64,000 nt of DNA from Dehalococcoidia bacterium (GTDB lineage Bacteria > Chloroflexota > Dehalococcoidia > Lucifugimonadales > UBA3495). The stretch is from positions 904,029 through 968,028 of the forward strand of contig CBDBDT010000001.1 in the NCBI GenBank assembly GCA_965203975.1. Direction: 5' to 3'. The notes under the pieces were generated by a model. That model had not been told where the DNA came from. It searched no databases and saw only the letters and a list, made by a program, of their open reading frames with translations. Below, one piece after another: positions 15,588-24,073 of this stretch. Position 1 is the first letter of the stretch; every line of letters starts with the position of its first letter. The position numbers were made by a program, and so were the translations under genes.

Positions 15588-16733
15588 CTAGACCATGGGC
15601 ACCGACAACCCCGACCTTGATGTACCGGGGTCGACGGGCAGGTAATTGATCAGGTTGGTGACGAAGGTCCCCGTCCCCGTCGCCGGGTCCAGGATCTGCA
15701 CGTTCTCATCCGCCAGCGTCTTCCCGAAGTGCTTCTCCAGCAGGTAGTCCGCCCCCCGGATGATGAAGTCCACCACCTCGTTGGGCGTGTACACCACCCT
15801 CAGCCGGTCCGCCGCCGCCGGGTTGTACGCCGTGTAGAAGTCCTCGTAGATGGCCTTGAGGAACTGCTGCTTCTCCCCGTAGTCGGCGATCTCGTCCGCC
15901 GCCCGCCCGATGACCCCGTAGTAGGCCCGCAGCCGCTCGATGGCCTCCCGCCGCACGTCGCCGGTGAAGAAGGTCCGCTCCAGCCCGTCCAGCTGCCGCG
16001 CCACGTTGTTCTCCCGGTGGAACTGGTCCTCGGCGAACACCCGCAGGAAGATATCCTTGGTCAGGATGTGCTGCAGCAGCATCTCCCGCACGTCCGCCGA
16101 TGAGACCGCCGGCCCGATGGTCTTCCGGCACAGGTCCAGGAAGGATGCCGCCGCTTCCTGGTACTCCGGGTTCTCCTCCTCTGCTTCCGCCACCGTCGCG
16201 CGCAGGTTCTCCAGCACCGCCGGCAGGTCCGCCTTGAACTGGCCCTGGGCCTGCCGGAACTCCTGGATCTCCGGCAGCTCGTAGTCGAGAAACACCCGGA
16301 TCAGCCGGTGCAGCTCCCCGTCCCGGGACATGTCCACCCGCATCGCCTCGCTGCCGTTCTGCACCAGCACCGCCGTCTGCGAGTCCTCGAAGATGATGTT
16401 GTCCCTGGGGTAGCCCCGGTTGAACTTGGCCTGTATCTCGGCCTCCAGGTCGTCGTGGCTGTCCTTCGCCTCCCAGTACCCCCGCGCCATCCGCAGCGAG
16501 TCCTTCACCGTTCCGTCGGGGCGGTTGCTGTGCGCCGCGCTCAGCTCGTCCACCAGGGCCAGCTTCTCCCGGTGGTCCCGGCAGTACGAGTCCAGGCACA
16601 CCGCAAAGGCCCGCCGGATGCTCTGCTCGTTGTCCGACCCGCCGAACTCGATGAACCGCTCCAGGTCGGCGTGATACTGCTCAATGTGCGGGTAAGAAGG
16701 CATAACCCGATTATACTCCAGCCCGCTCTCCAT
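15588..16733 (-). pseudogene. N-terminal fragment of a type IIG (MmeI-like) restriction-modification enzyme
   Basis: PD-(D/E)xK-like RPDGTVKD...GYWEAKD, then the methyltransferase lead-in VYTPNEVVDFIIRGADYLL and SAM motif I ILDPATGTGTFV. Homology stops right after motif I. Confidence 0.7.
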
Positions 16734-16986
16734 CCCCGCCCCGCATACAGCATTGAACGCGGTTCTTCCAGAAAAGCGTTCTTGTCGTCCGAGAGCCCCT
16801 CGCTGTTGCAGCCGGTTCCGTCTACGCCGGATTGACTACGTTCAACCAGGCTCTCGGCCTCCGGTGTCACCGTCAGGCTGACTTCGGCCGGTTCGCGGGC
16901 TTGGGAGGCTCAACATGGGGACCGTGAAGAACATGTAGGGCGCTGGGCGGGTGGGTTAGCTGGTTTCGCTGGGCCTGGCTTTGAGC

Positions 16987-17068
16987 TTGAACCAAAAGTA
17001 CCTTCTGAATCATTAGTCGGAAGCTGAATCAAAAGTATGGTTCAAATTGTGGTTTTGGTGCAAAGCCG
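16987..17068 (-). repeat. Right terminal inverted repeat with subterminal TGAAYCA motif array
   Basis: Terminal 15-mer at 17054-17068. 20-mer TGAATCAAAAGTATGGTTCA at 17025-17044. Half-sites at 17006-17017 and 16987-17000. Confidence 0.6.
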
Positions 17069-17360
17069 TTCCCCCACATATCCACCGCCGGCCGACTCTC
17101 GGGGCCGTTACCCTGAGAAGGGAACGGAGGATCGGCCGAGCGTGGCCGCCGGCAACGGTGGCCAGACTGAATATAGTATAATGCGCTGGATTTCCCGAAA
17201 GCCGTCCTACGCCTTCAACCGGTTGAAACCGGAGTCCCGGAGGCGTCGGCGCGAGGCGTAACAGTTACGAATACCGGCCGATTCTAGACCACCGGTTTCC
17301 GGTTGGCAACGACAGCGGCGCCAGTACCGGGGCCAGTCCAGCGTACACTAGGAGCAGGCA

Positions 17361-20300
17361 GTGTCCCAAGCGATTGAAATTCACGACCTACCCCAATCCG
17401 GCCAGTTGCAGGTTGTCTACCGAAAGCCGGATGCCACCCTCGAAGCCCCTCCTTCAGAATTCTCCAACCCGCTGGAACCATCCGACCACCGGGAGCTCGA
17501 CTGGTACTTCCGCGAGTACGCGGACCAGCCCTTCGGCCCCAGCCAGGCCCGTTCGGAGGCGGTGGAGACCGGGCTGAGAAACCTGGGACGGGTGCTGTTC
17601 GAATCAACGTTCAACGCCAACCCGGAAGCGTCCGCCATCTACGCCCAGGCTTCCGGGGACGGCCTCGGGGAAACCCGGCTGGAGATCGTTTCCTCCCGGC
17701 GGGAATTCCTTACCCTGCCCTGGGAACTACTGAACGAGACGGAAGCTGGGTATGCGGCCACCCAGATGGCCAGTGTCATCCGCCGCAGTCCAACCGGAGC
17801 CGCCGGTGAATTCGACCCGGAACTGCCAACGGACCAGCTCAACGTCCTGCTCATCGCCCCGCGTCCATCGTTGGATAACGGCCTTTTCCGGGGCGGGTTG
17901 GCCTCCGAGACCGCCGTTGCCCTGGAGGGCCTGGAGGTGCAGGCCGAGCTGGAATACGTCAGCCCGCCCGGTTTCCAGGGGCTGACCGATGCCCTGGAAA
18001 ACAACCCCAGGTATTACCACGTTGTCCAACTCGACGGAATCACGGCAGGTGATGAACCCGGGACAATAATCCTGGAAACCGGCGCAGGACCGGAGCCGGT
18101 GCCGACAGCCCAACTGGGCCAAACACTTGAATCGGCGCAGGTGCCGGTGGCGTTCCTCACCGGGGCCGAAGGCGACCATCAGGAAACTTGGGGCACGCTG
18201 GCGGAAGCGGCCTCGGACCTGGCGGAGCACGGGGTGCCGGTGGTGGTGTGCCTCCCATATCAGCTGGCGGACTCGGCCAGCCGGGAAATGTTTGTCCGCC
18301 AGTTCTACCAGTCCCTGGCGGGCGGCATGGATGTCGCAGCCAGCGCGGCCACGGCGCGAAACGCCCTGATGGAATCGCCGGTGCGGGTGATTTTGTCCGG
18401 CAAGCAGGTGATGTGGGACTGGGTTGCGCCGGTCACGTTCCAGTCCCGGGAATATTCTCCCAAGGCTATCGAAGGGGAGGCGCCCGACCCATTGGCCCCG
18501 CCGATGCTCCAACCCCAACAGCAGGATGTGAACGTAGAGATGCAGCTGCCCGCCGCCGGGGCCTTCGGCCTGGTGGGCCGGCAGGGAGAACTGCACCGGC
18601 TGGAGCGAATGTTCACCGAGTCGCCCGCGGTGATGCTGACCGGTCCGACCGGGGGCGGCAAGACGGAGCTCTGCCTGGGCCTGGCCAGGTGGTTCCAAAG
18701 GATTGGCAGGAAACAGCGGCCTGGCGGGGTGTTCTACACGACCTTCGAGGCGTCCCACCCGTCGGGGCTGGAGCGAATAGTACACGAAATCGGGACGAGC
18801 GTGGCGGGTCTGGAGTTTCCCGATTTGAGCCTGGACCAGCAGCGGCAGTGGGTGGTGGAGTACCTGCAGCAGCACCCTTCCCTGCTTATCTGGGACAACG
18901 TGGAGAACGCGGCGGGTTTTCCGTCAGGATCGCCCGGGCTGCTGGAACCGGAGGAACTTAGAGGACTGAACGAGTTCATCGCCAGCGTGACGGGTGAGGG
19001 ACAAAGCTGGGTCCTGCTGGCTACCCGGCGGGATGGGGAAAACTGGCTGTCCGTCCCCCATCAAACCATGACCCTGCCCGGCCTGCAGGGCGGCGACCGC
19101 AAGGAGCTGGCCGCCGCGATACTTTCCCAGGCCGGCGTTGAGCCGGGACGGTTGTCCCCGGAAGTAGTGGATGTCATCGACTTCGTCGAGGGCAACCCGC
19201 TGGGGATGAAGATCGTGCTGCCGCGATTGAAGGACGTCCCGGCCACGGCACTGCTGGCCGAACTCCAGCGGACGCTGGAGAGCCTTCCTGAATCGGCCCT
19301 GGAAGAAGGCAGGCTGCCGTCGCTGACGGCGACGATGGAATTTTCATGGGGAAAGATGTCCCGCCGGAGCCGGACCCACCTCCCCTTCCTTGCCCTGTTC
19401 CAGCGCCGGGTGATGATGGACATTGTGAACCACATGACTGGCGAAGCCGGGTACAAGGGAGCCATGGGCGAGGAACTGGGTTGGGGAGCGACCCGGACGC
19501 TGCTGCGGACGGGGCTGGCCGATGGCTTCCTGGAAGGAGTGTCTCCCAGCGTGTACCAGATTCATCCGGCGCTGCCCTGGTTCTACGGGCGCAAGCTGGG
19601 ACAGCAGGTGGCGACGGCCCGGCTGGGCGACCTGGAACAGGAGTACGTGCGGGTCTACGCGGACACGGCGGACTACTTCATGGAGTCCCTCTACGAAAAC
19701 CAGGACGCGGGAGTGACGGCAATCCTCGCGGAGGAGGGCAATCTGACCCAGGCTCTGGGCCTGGCCCTGGAGGCCCGTCATTGGGACAACGCTCAGCTCC
19801 TGGTCCAGCCGCTGGCCCAGGTCTACCGGATGCAGAAGCGTTTCGCGGAACTGCGTCGCTTGCGGCGGCAGTTGCTGGAAGTTGTCGGCGTGACGGCGGA
19901 GGAAGCGGCATCCAATGCTGCCGAGGAGTTCTGGACCTACCTGCTGGGAACGGAAGCCAGCGAGTCGGTGGATGTGGGAGACCTGGAGTACGCCGAGGAC
20001 CTGAACCGCCAGCTGTACGACTACCTTTCCGGCCTGGAGGGAAGCTCCGAGGACCCCAGGGTGGCGGCGGTATCCCACCAATTCGGGCAGATTGCCCTGC
20101 GCAGGTTCCGGCTGGACGAGGCGGCAGGCTGGTTCGAGCAGTCCCTGGGAATTATCGAGAACGGGGAGGACCAGGCCTCGGTGGCCGACGATTACTTCGC
20201 GTTGGGACAGGTCAAGCAGCACCAGCGCTACTACACCGAGGCCAAGGAGCTGTATCAGAAAGCCCTGGACATCCACCAGCGTCTCCCCGACGAGGAGGAG

Positions 20301-21035
20301 ATGGTCAAGGACTACCGGGCGCTGGGAGCCGTGTCCCACCTCAGGTTCGAGTACCAGGAGGCGGATAGCTGGTACCAGCGGGCACGGGCCATCGTCGAGG
20401 AGCAGCGGGACGAGGAAACGGCGGTCCTGATTTTCCATGAGCTGGGTACGGTGTGCCACTCCCAGTACCTTTTCGACGAGGCCATCGACTACTACGAGCA
20501 GGCGTTGAACCTGGCGGACCGGCTGGGAATGGAGGCGCAGATGGCGGTGGAGTTCCACCACCTGGGCCTGCTCCAGCAGAACCGGGGCATCATCTACGAC
20601 GAGGCCGAGGAGTGGTACGTCGCGGCGATGAACCAGTGGGATTTGGTGGGCAACCGGCGGGCGGTCGGGGATGAGTGCCGGCAGCTGGGGGTGCTGTTCC
20701 ACGAGCAGAAGCGGTACGAGGACGCCGCCAAGTGGTACCACCAGGCGCGGGAGATTTTCGAGGAGCTGGGTGACCTGCTCCGGGCGGCCCGAACCTACGG
20801 TCAGCTGGGGATGGTGGCCGAGGAGCAGGAGGATATTCTGGGGGCTCTGGAATGGGTCGCTCGGACCTACCAGTTGGCGATGGACTACAACCTTCCCATG
20901 GTGGTGCAGGTCAAGGCGCACCTGGCCCGGCTGAGGGATAAGATGGGGCTGGACGGGTTCGAGGAGTGGTGGCAGGACTTCACCGGCGAGGCCGCTCCGA
21001 CGGACCTGGACGTGGATACCAGCACGGTTTTCTAG
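17361..21035 (+). CDS. STAND NTPase: CHAT-like N-domain, NB-ARC-type ATPase, C-terminal TPR array
   Basis: 1224 aa with a GTG start after AGGAGCAGGCA. Walker A is LTGPTGGGKTE, Walker B is LLIWDNVENA, then LLATRR and GNPLGM (GxP). It has more than 10 TPR-like repeats (YFALGQV..YYTEAKELYQKAL etc.). The N-domain has LPWELL and CHAT-like blocks. Confidence 0.85.
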   Translation: MSQAIEIHDLPQSGQLQVVYRKPDATLEAPPSEFSNPLEPSDHRELDWYFREYADQPFGPSQARSEAVETGLRNLGRVLFESTFNANPEASAIYAQASGDGLGETRLEIVSSRREFLTLPWELLNETEAGYAATQMASVIRRSPTGAAGEFDPELPTDQLNVLLIAPRPSLDNGLFRGGLASETAVALEGLEVQAELEYVSPPGFQGLTDALENNPRYYHVVQLDGITAGDEPGTIILETGAGPEPVPTAQLGQTLESAQVPVAFLTGAEGDHQETWGTLAEAASDLAEHGVPVVVCLPYQLADSASREMFVRQFYQSLAGGMDVAASAATARNALMESPVRVILSGKQVMWDWVAPVTFQSREYSPKAIEGEAPDPLAPPMLQPQQQDVNVEMQLPAAGAFGLVGRQGELHRLERMFTESPAVMLTGPTGGGKTELCLGLARWFQRIGRKQRPGGVFYTTFEASHPSGLERIVHEIGTSVAGLEFPDLSLDQQRQWVVEYLQQHPSLLIWDNVENAAGFPSGSPGLLEPEELRGLNEFIASVTGEGQSWVLLATRRDGENWLSVPHQTMTLPGLQGGDRKELAAAILSQAGVEPGRLSPEVVDVIDFVEGNPLGMKIVLPRLKDVPATALLAELQRTLESLPESALEEGRLPSLTATMEFSWGKMSRRSRTHLPFLALFQRRVMMDIVNHMTGEAGYKGAMGEELGWGATRTLLRTGLADGFLEGVSPSVYQIHPALPWFYGRKLGQQVATARLGDLEQEYVRVYADTADYFMESLYENQDAGVTAILAEEGNLTQALGLALEARHWDNAQLLVQPLAQVYRMQKRFAELRRLRRQLLEVVGVTAEEAASNAAEEFWTYLLGTEASESVDVGDLEYAEDLNRQLYDYLSGLEGSSEDPRVAAVSHQFGQIALRRFRLDEAAGWFEQSLGIIENGEDQASVADDYFALGQVKQHQRYYTEAKELYQKALDIHQRLPDEEEMVKDYRALGAVSHLRFEYQEADSWYQRARAIVEEQRDEETAVLIFHELGTVCHSQYLFDEAIDYYEQALNLADRLGMEAQMAVEFHHLGLLQQNRGIIYDEAEEWYVAAMNQWDLVGNRRAVGDECRQLGVLFHEQKRYEDAAKWYHQAREIFEELGDLLRAARTYGQLGMVAEEQEDILGALEWVARTYQLAMDYNLPMVVQVKAHLARLRDKMGLDGFEEWWQDFTGEAAPTDLDVDTSTVF

Positions 21036-21123
21036 CCCGCTATCCAGGACACCCCTGTTCCAGGCTAGTGAGTTGCTATGAATGAGCTGCCATCTTAGAG
21101 GGTGGCCCCAGCGGAGGTTAGTC

Positions 21124-23112
21124 ATGGGAGTATCCAAAGTAGAAGTCCACAGCCGGCAGCCCTACTGGGACGGGAAGTCCTTCGGGGACGCCGGTCCTTA
21201 CGAGCTGATCGAAGGCACGGCGTTTTTCTCGGCGGACCCGGGCCATCCCGACAACAGCCTGATTGGGGACATCGAGCTTGCGCCGCGAAACGATGCGGGG
21301 ATGGTCTGTTTTTCGGCTCCGTTTCGCATTTTGCGTCCGGTGGAAACAGATCGAGGATGCCGCACGGTCTTCCTGGATGTGGTGAACCGGGGGCGAGGGC
21401 GTGCTTTCAAGCTGATCAACGACGCGCCGGATGACGGAGGCCCGCTGGACCCTCCTGACCCGGGGAACGGGTTTTTGATGCGTCGGGGCTACACGGTGGC
21501 TTGGTGCGGCTGGCAGCACGACGTCCCGGGCGTGCCCGGTCTGCTGGGGATAGACGTTCCGCAGGCCGTGCGCACGGACGGGCCGGTCTCCGGCAGGATG
21601 GCCGTGACCTTCCAGCCCTCCGTTGCATCCGACGTCCAGATGCTGTCCGAGCGGGGGCACCGGCCCTATCCAACCAACCACCTGGAAGACTGGGAGGCCA
21701 CGCTGACCGTCCGGGATTCCGAGGAAGGGGAACCGCGCCCGGTGCGCCGGGACCAGTGGCATTTTGCCCGTGTCGAGGGCGGACGGCGGGTCCCCGATCC
21801 GGCGCACATTCACCTGGAGTCCGGGTTCCAACCCGGCCGGATCTACGATGTAACCTTCTCCACCAGCCACGCCCCGGTCGCCGGACTCGGACTGCTGGCC
21901 ACCCGGGACTTTATTTCCTTCTTGAGGCACGGCTCCTCGGCAGCGGGCAACCCATGCGCTGGGGAGGTTGACCTGGCACTGGGATTCGGCCAGTCCCAGA
22001 GCGGACGGTTCCTGCGCCACCTGCTCTTCCTGGGATTGAACCTGGACGAGGGGGGCCGCCAGGTATTCGACGGCGTCATCGCTCATGTGGCGGGAGCCCG
22101 GCGCGGCGAGTTCAACCAGCGGTTCGCCCAACCCTCCACGGCCCACCGCCGCAGCATGAGCAACCTGTTTCCCTTCACCGACACCCCTGAAACCGACGCG
22201 GAACTCGGCGCAACGGAAGGGCTCCTTGACCGCCAGCGGGCCAAGGGCGGCGTGCCCAGGATTTTCCTTATGAATTCCGCCTCGGAATACTGGTGGGCGC
22301 ACCTCTCGCTGATTCACACCGACATCAGCGGCGCCAGGGACATCGAACCGTCGGATGATGTCCGCATCTTTTACTATGCGGGAACGCAGCACGCATCAGG
22401 GAGCTTCCCGCTGGTCAGCGGCCAGGGCCCGGGGGAGACGCGGGGACAGCAGCCGTTCAATTGGGTGGACTACCGCCCGGTGCTGAGGGCGTCCGTGGCG
22501 AACCTCGACGCCTGGGTCAGGTCCGGCACCGCGCCGCCTCCCAGTTGCCACCCGCGGCTGTCCGACGGAACGCTGGTCACTCCCGACGAGGTGGCGCCTG
22601 CCTTCCGGGCGATCCCGGGGGTGAATTTCCCGGTCCACTTGAAACGCTTCTCCCGGCTCCATTTCGACCCCACAGCAAGCTCGGCGGAGAACCTGCCAGC
22701 CAGTATCGGCAACCCCTACCCCGTCCTGTCTCCGGCGGTGGACGCCGACGGAAACGAGCTGGCCGGAATCAGGCTGCCGGACATTTCAGTGCCCCTCGCC
22801 ACCAACGCCGGGTGGAACCTGCGGCATCCCGAGGTCGGAGCGGAGGGACAGGTGATAGGAACCACGGGATCGACAATACCCTTTGCCATGACTAGGGAAG
22901 AACGGGAAGCCAGGCAGGACCCCCGTCCATCCATCGAAGAACGTTACGATTCCAAGGAGGCCTACCTGGCTCAGGTCAAGGAGGCCGCCTCCGGCCTGGC
23001 AGAAAGGGGTTTCCTGCTTCCAGATGACCTGGCAACGGTAACCAAACACGCCGAAGAACGGTTCGACGCCCTGGCCGCCGGGGCCAGGCAGCCCCAACCA
23101 GCGGATAATTAG
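21124..23112 (+). CDS. Large alpha/beta-hydrolase-like protein (uncharacterised family)
   Basis: ATG at 21124 follows GGAGG. GPYELIEGTAFFSADPGHPDNSLIGDIELAPRN...FLDVVNRGRG...GNGFLMRRGYTVAWCGWQHD matches a conserved bacterial family I recall as annotated alpha/beta hydrolase. Confidence 0.55.
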   Translation: MGVSKVEVHSRQPYWDGKSFGDAGPYELIEGTAFFSADPGHPDNSLIGDIELAPRNDAGMVCFSAPFRILRPVETDRGCRTVFLDVVNRGRGRAFKLINDAPDDGGPLDPPDPGNGFLMRRGYTVAWCGWQHDVPGVPGLLGIDVPQAVRTDGPVSGRMAVTFQPSVASDVQMLSERGHRPYPTNHLEDWEATLTVRDSEEGEPRPVRRDQWHFARVEGGRRVPDPAHIHLESGFQPGRIYDVTFSTSHAPVAGLGLLATRDFISFLRHGSSAAGNPCAGEVDLALGFGQSQSGRFLRHLLFLGLNLDEGGRQVFDGVIAHVAGARRGEFNQRFAQPSTAHRRSMSNLFPFTDTPETDAELGATEGLLDRQRAKGGVPRIFLMNSASEYWWAHLSLIHTDISGARDIEPSDDVRIFYYAGTQHASGSFPLVSGQGPGETRGQQPFNWVDYRPVLRASVANLDAWVRSGTAPPPSCHPRLSDGTLVTPDEVAPAFRAIPGVNFPVHLKRFSRLHFDPTASSAENLPASIGNPYPVLSPAVDADGNELAGIRLPDISVPLATNAGWNLRHPEVGAEGQVIGTTGSTIPFAMTREEREARQDPRPSIEERYDSKEAYLAQVKEAASGLAERGFLLPDDLATVTKHAEERFDALAAGARQPQPADN

Positions 23113-23171
23113 CCGTCGGACTACTAACAACGGAACGATGCCCGTATACCAGCCACCGCAAGGAGAGCGCG

Positions 23172-24014
23172 ATGAACGTAGGAACCTCGGTACCTTTGCC
23201 CGCTTACACCATAGACCCGGCATTCATGGCCCGGAAGGCCGAGGAACTGGGGTTCGATTCCATCTGGTACGCCGAACACCCCATTCTGCCGGTCAATAGC
23301 GAGAGTCCCTTCCCCAGCGGCGGTCCCATCCCCGAGACCTACGCCCACTTCTCCGACCCGTACATTTCCCTGGCCCGGGCTTCCTCGGTGACCACCACCA
23401 TCAAGCTGGCCACCGGGATTACCCTGGTGCCGGAACGCAACCCGCTGGTGTTGGCCAAGGCCATCGCCACCCTGGACCGTTACAGCGGAGGCCGGTTCAT
23501 GTTCGGGATCGGCGCCGGATGGAACCGGGAGGAAACCGAAATCATGGGCGGGGACTTCGACCATCGCTGGACCCAGACCCGGGAGGCGGTGGCGGTGCTG
23601 AAGGAGCTGTGGACCAAGGACGAGGCCGAGTTCCACGGCCGCTACTACGACTTCCCCCCGGTCAAGTGCAACCCCAAGCCGGTGCAGGACCCCCATCCGC
23701 CGGTAATCCTGGGCGGAATGGCGCGTAACGTCCTGCGAAGGGTGGCAACTTGGGGGGATGGCTGGATGCCCAACCGGATCAGCCCAGCGGATTTGGAGCG
23801 GAGCCGGGCTACCCTGGACAACCTGGCGGCGGAGCTGGGCCGGGACCCGGCCTCCCTGACGATAACGGTCTACGGACAGGAGCCCAACTTGGAAGCCCTG
23901 CGTTCCCTCTTCGACGCTGGAGCTGACCGGGTGGTGGTGCGCCCCGATTTCGTGGAAACCGAAACGGAGATGGGAGAGCAACTGGAGCGGATCGCGGAAG
24001 CGGTCATCCGCTAA
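23172..24014 (+). CDS. LLM-class (luciferase-like) F420-dependent oxidoreductase
   Basis: AEELGFDSIWYAEHP, LATGITLVPERNPLVLAKAIATLD and RFMFGIGAGW. AAGGAG RBS. Confidence 0.85.
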   Translation: MNVGTSVPLPAYTIDPAFMARKAEELGFDSIWYAEHPILPVNSESPFPSGGPIPETYAHFSDPYISLARASSVTTTIKLATGITLVPERNPLVLAKAIATLDRYSGGRFMFGIGAGWNREETEIMGGDFDHRWTQTREAVAVLKELWTKDEAEFHGRYYDFPPVKCNPKPVQDPHPPVILGGMARNVLRRVATWGDGWMPNRISPADLERSRATLDNLAAELGRDPASLTITVYGQEPNLEALRSLFDAGADRVVVRPDFVETETEMGEQLERIAEAVIR

Positions 24015-24073
24015 TCACACCGCCAGCGCCATCGCAACCCATCAAGCTGAAGCAACCTGGAGGACCGCAAGGA

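Larger units (their letters stand above)
8126..17068. mobile_element. 8.9 kb TIR-bounded, TSD-flanked cargo element with no recognisable transposase
   Basis: Inward-reading ends are GGGCTTTGCACCAAA (8126-8140) and CGGCTTTGCACCAAA (reverse complement of 17054-17068). Both have TGAACCA-N6-TGATTCA starting at offset 24. The direct repeat TTCCCCC (8119-8125 and 17069-17075; GTTCCCCC if 8 bp) flanks both ends. Confidence 0.55.

Noticed and set aside
8126-17068. Alternative reading of the paired end repeats as an invertible DNA switch, or as duplicated promoter and operator regions.
   Set aside because: The identical 7-8 bp direct sequence immediately outside both inverted ends is the signature of transposition, not of site-specific inversion. 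No recombinase gene is nearby. I cannot fully exclude a regulatory role for the internal half-sites, so they are reported separately.
17727-21137. Long minus-strand ORFs (17727-18875, 382 aa; 19344-21137, 597 aa) antisense to the STAND gene.
   Set aside because: These are typical high-GC shadow ORFs. Their composition is extremely rich in R, P, G, L, V, Q and H. They carry no motifs and are fully contained in a well-supported plus-strand gene.
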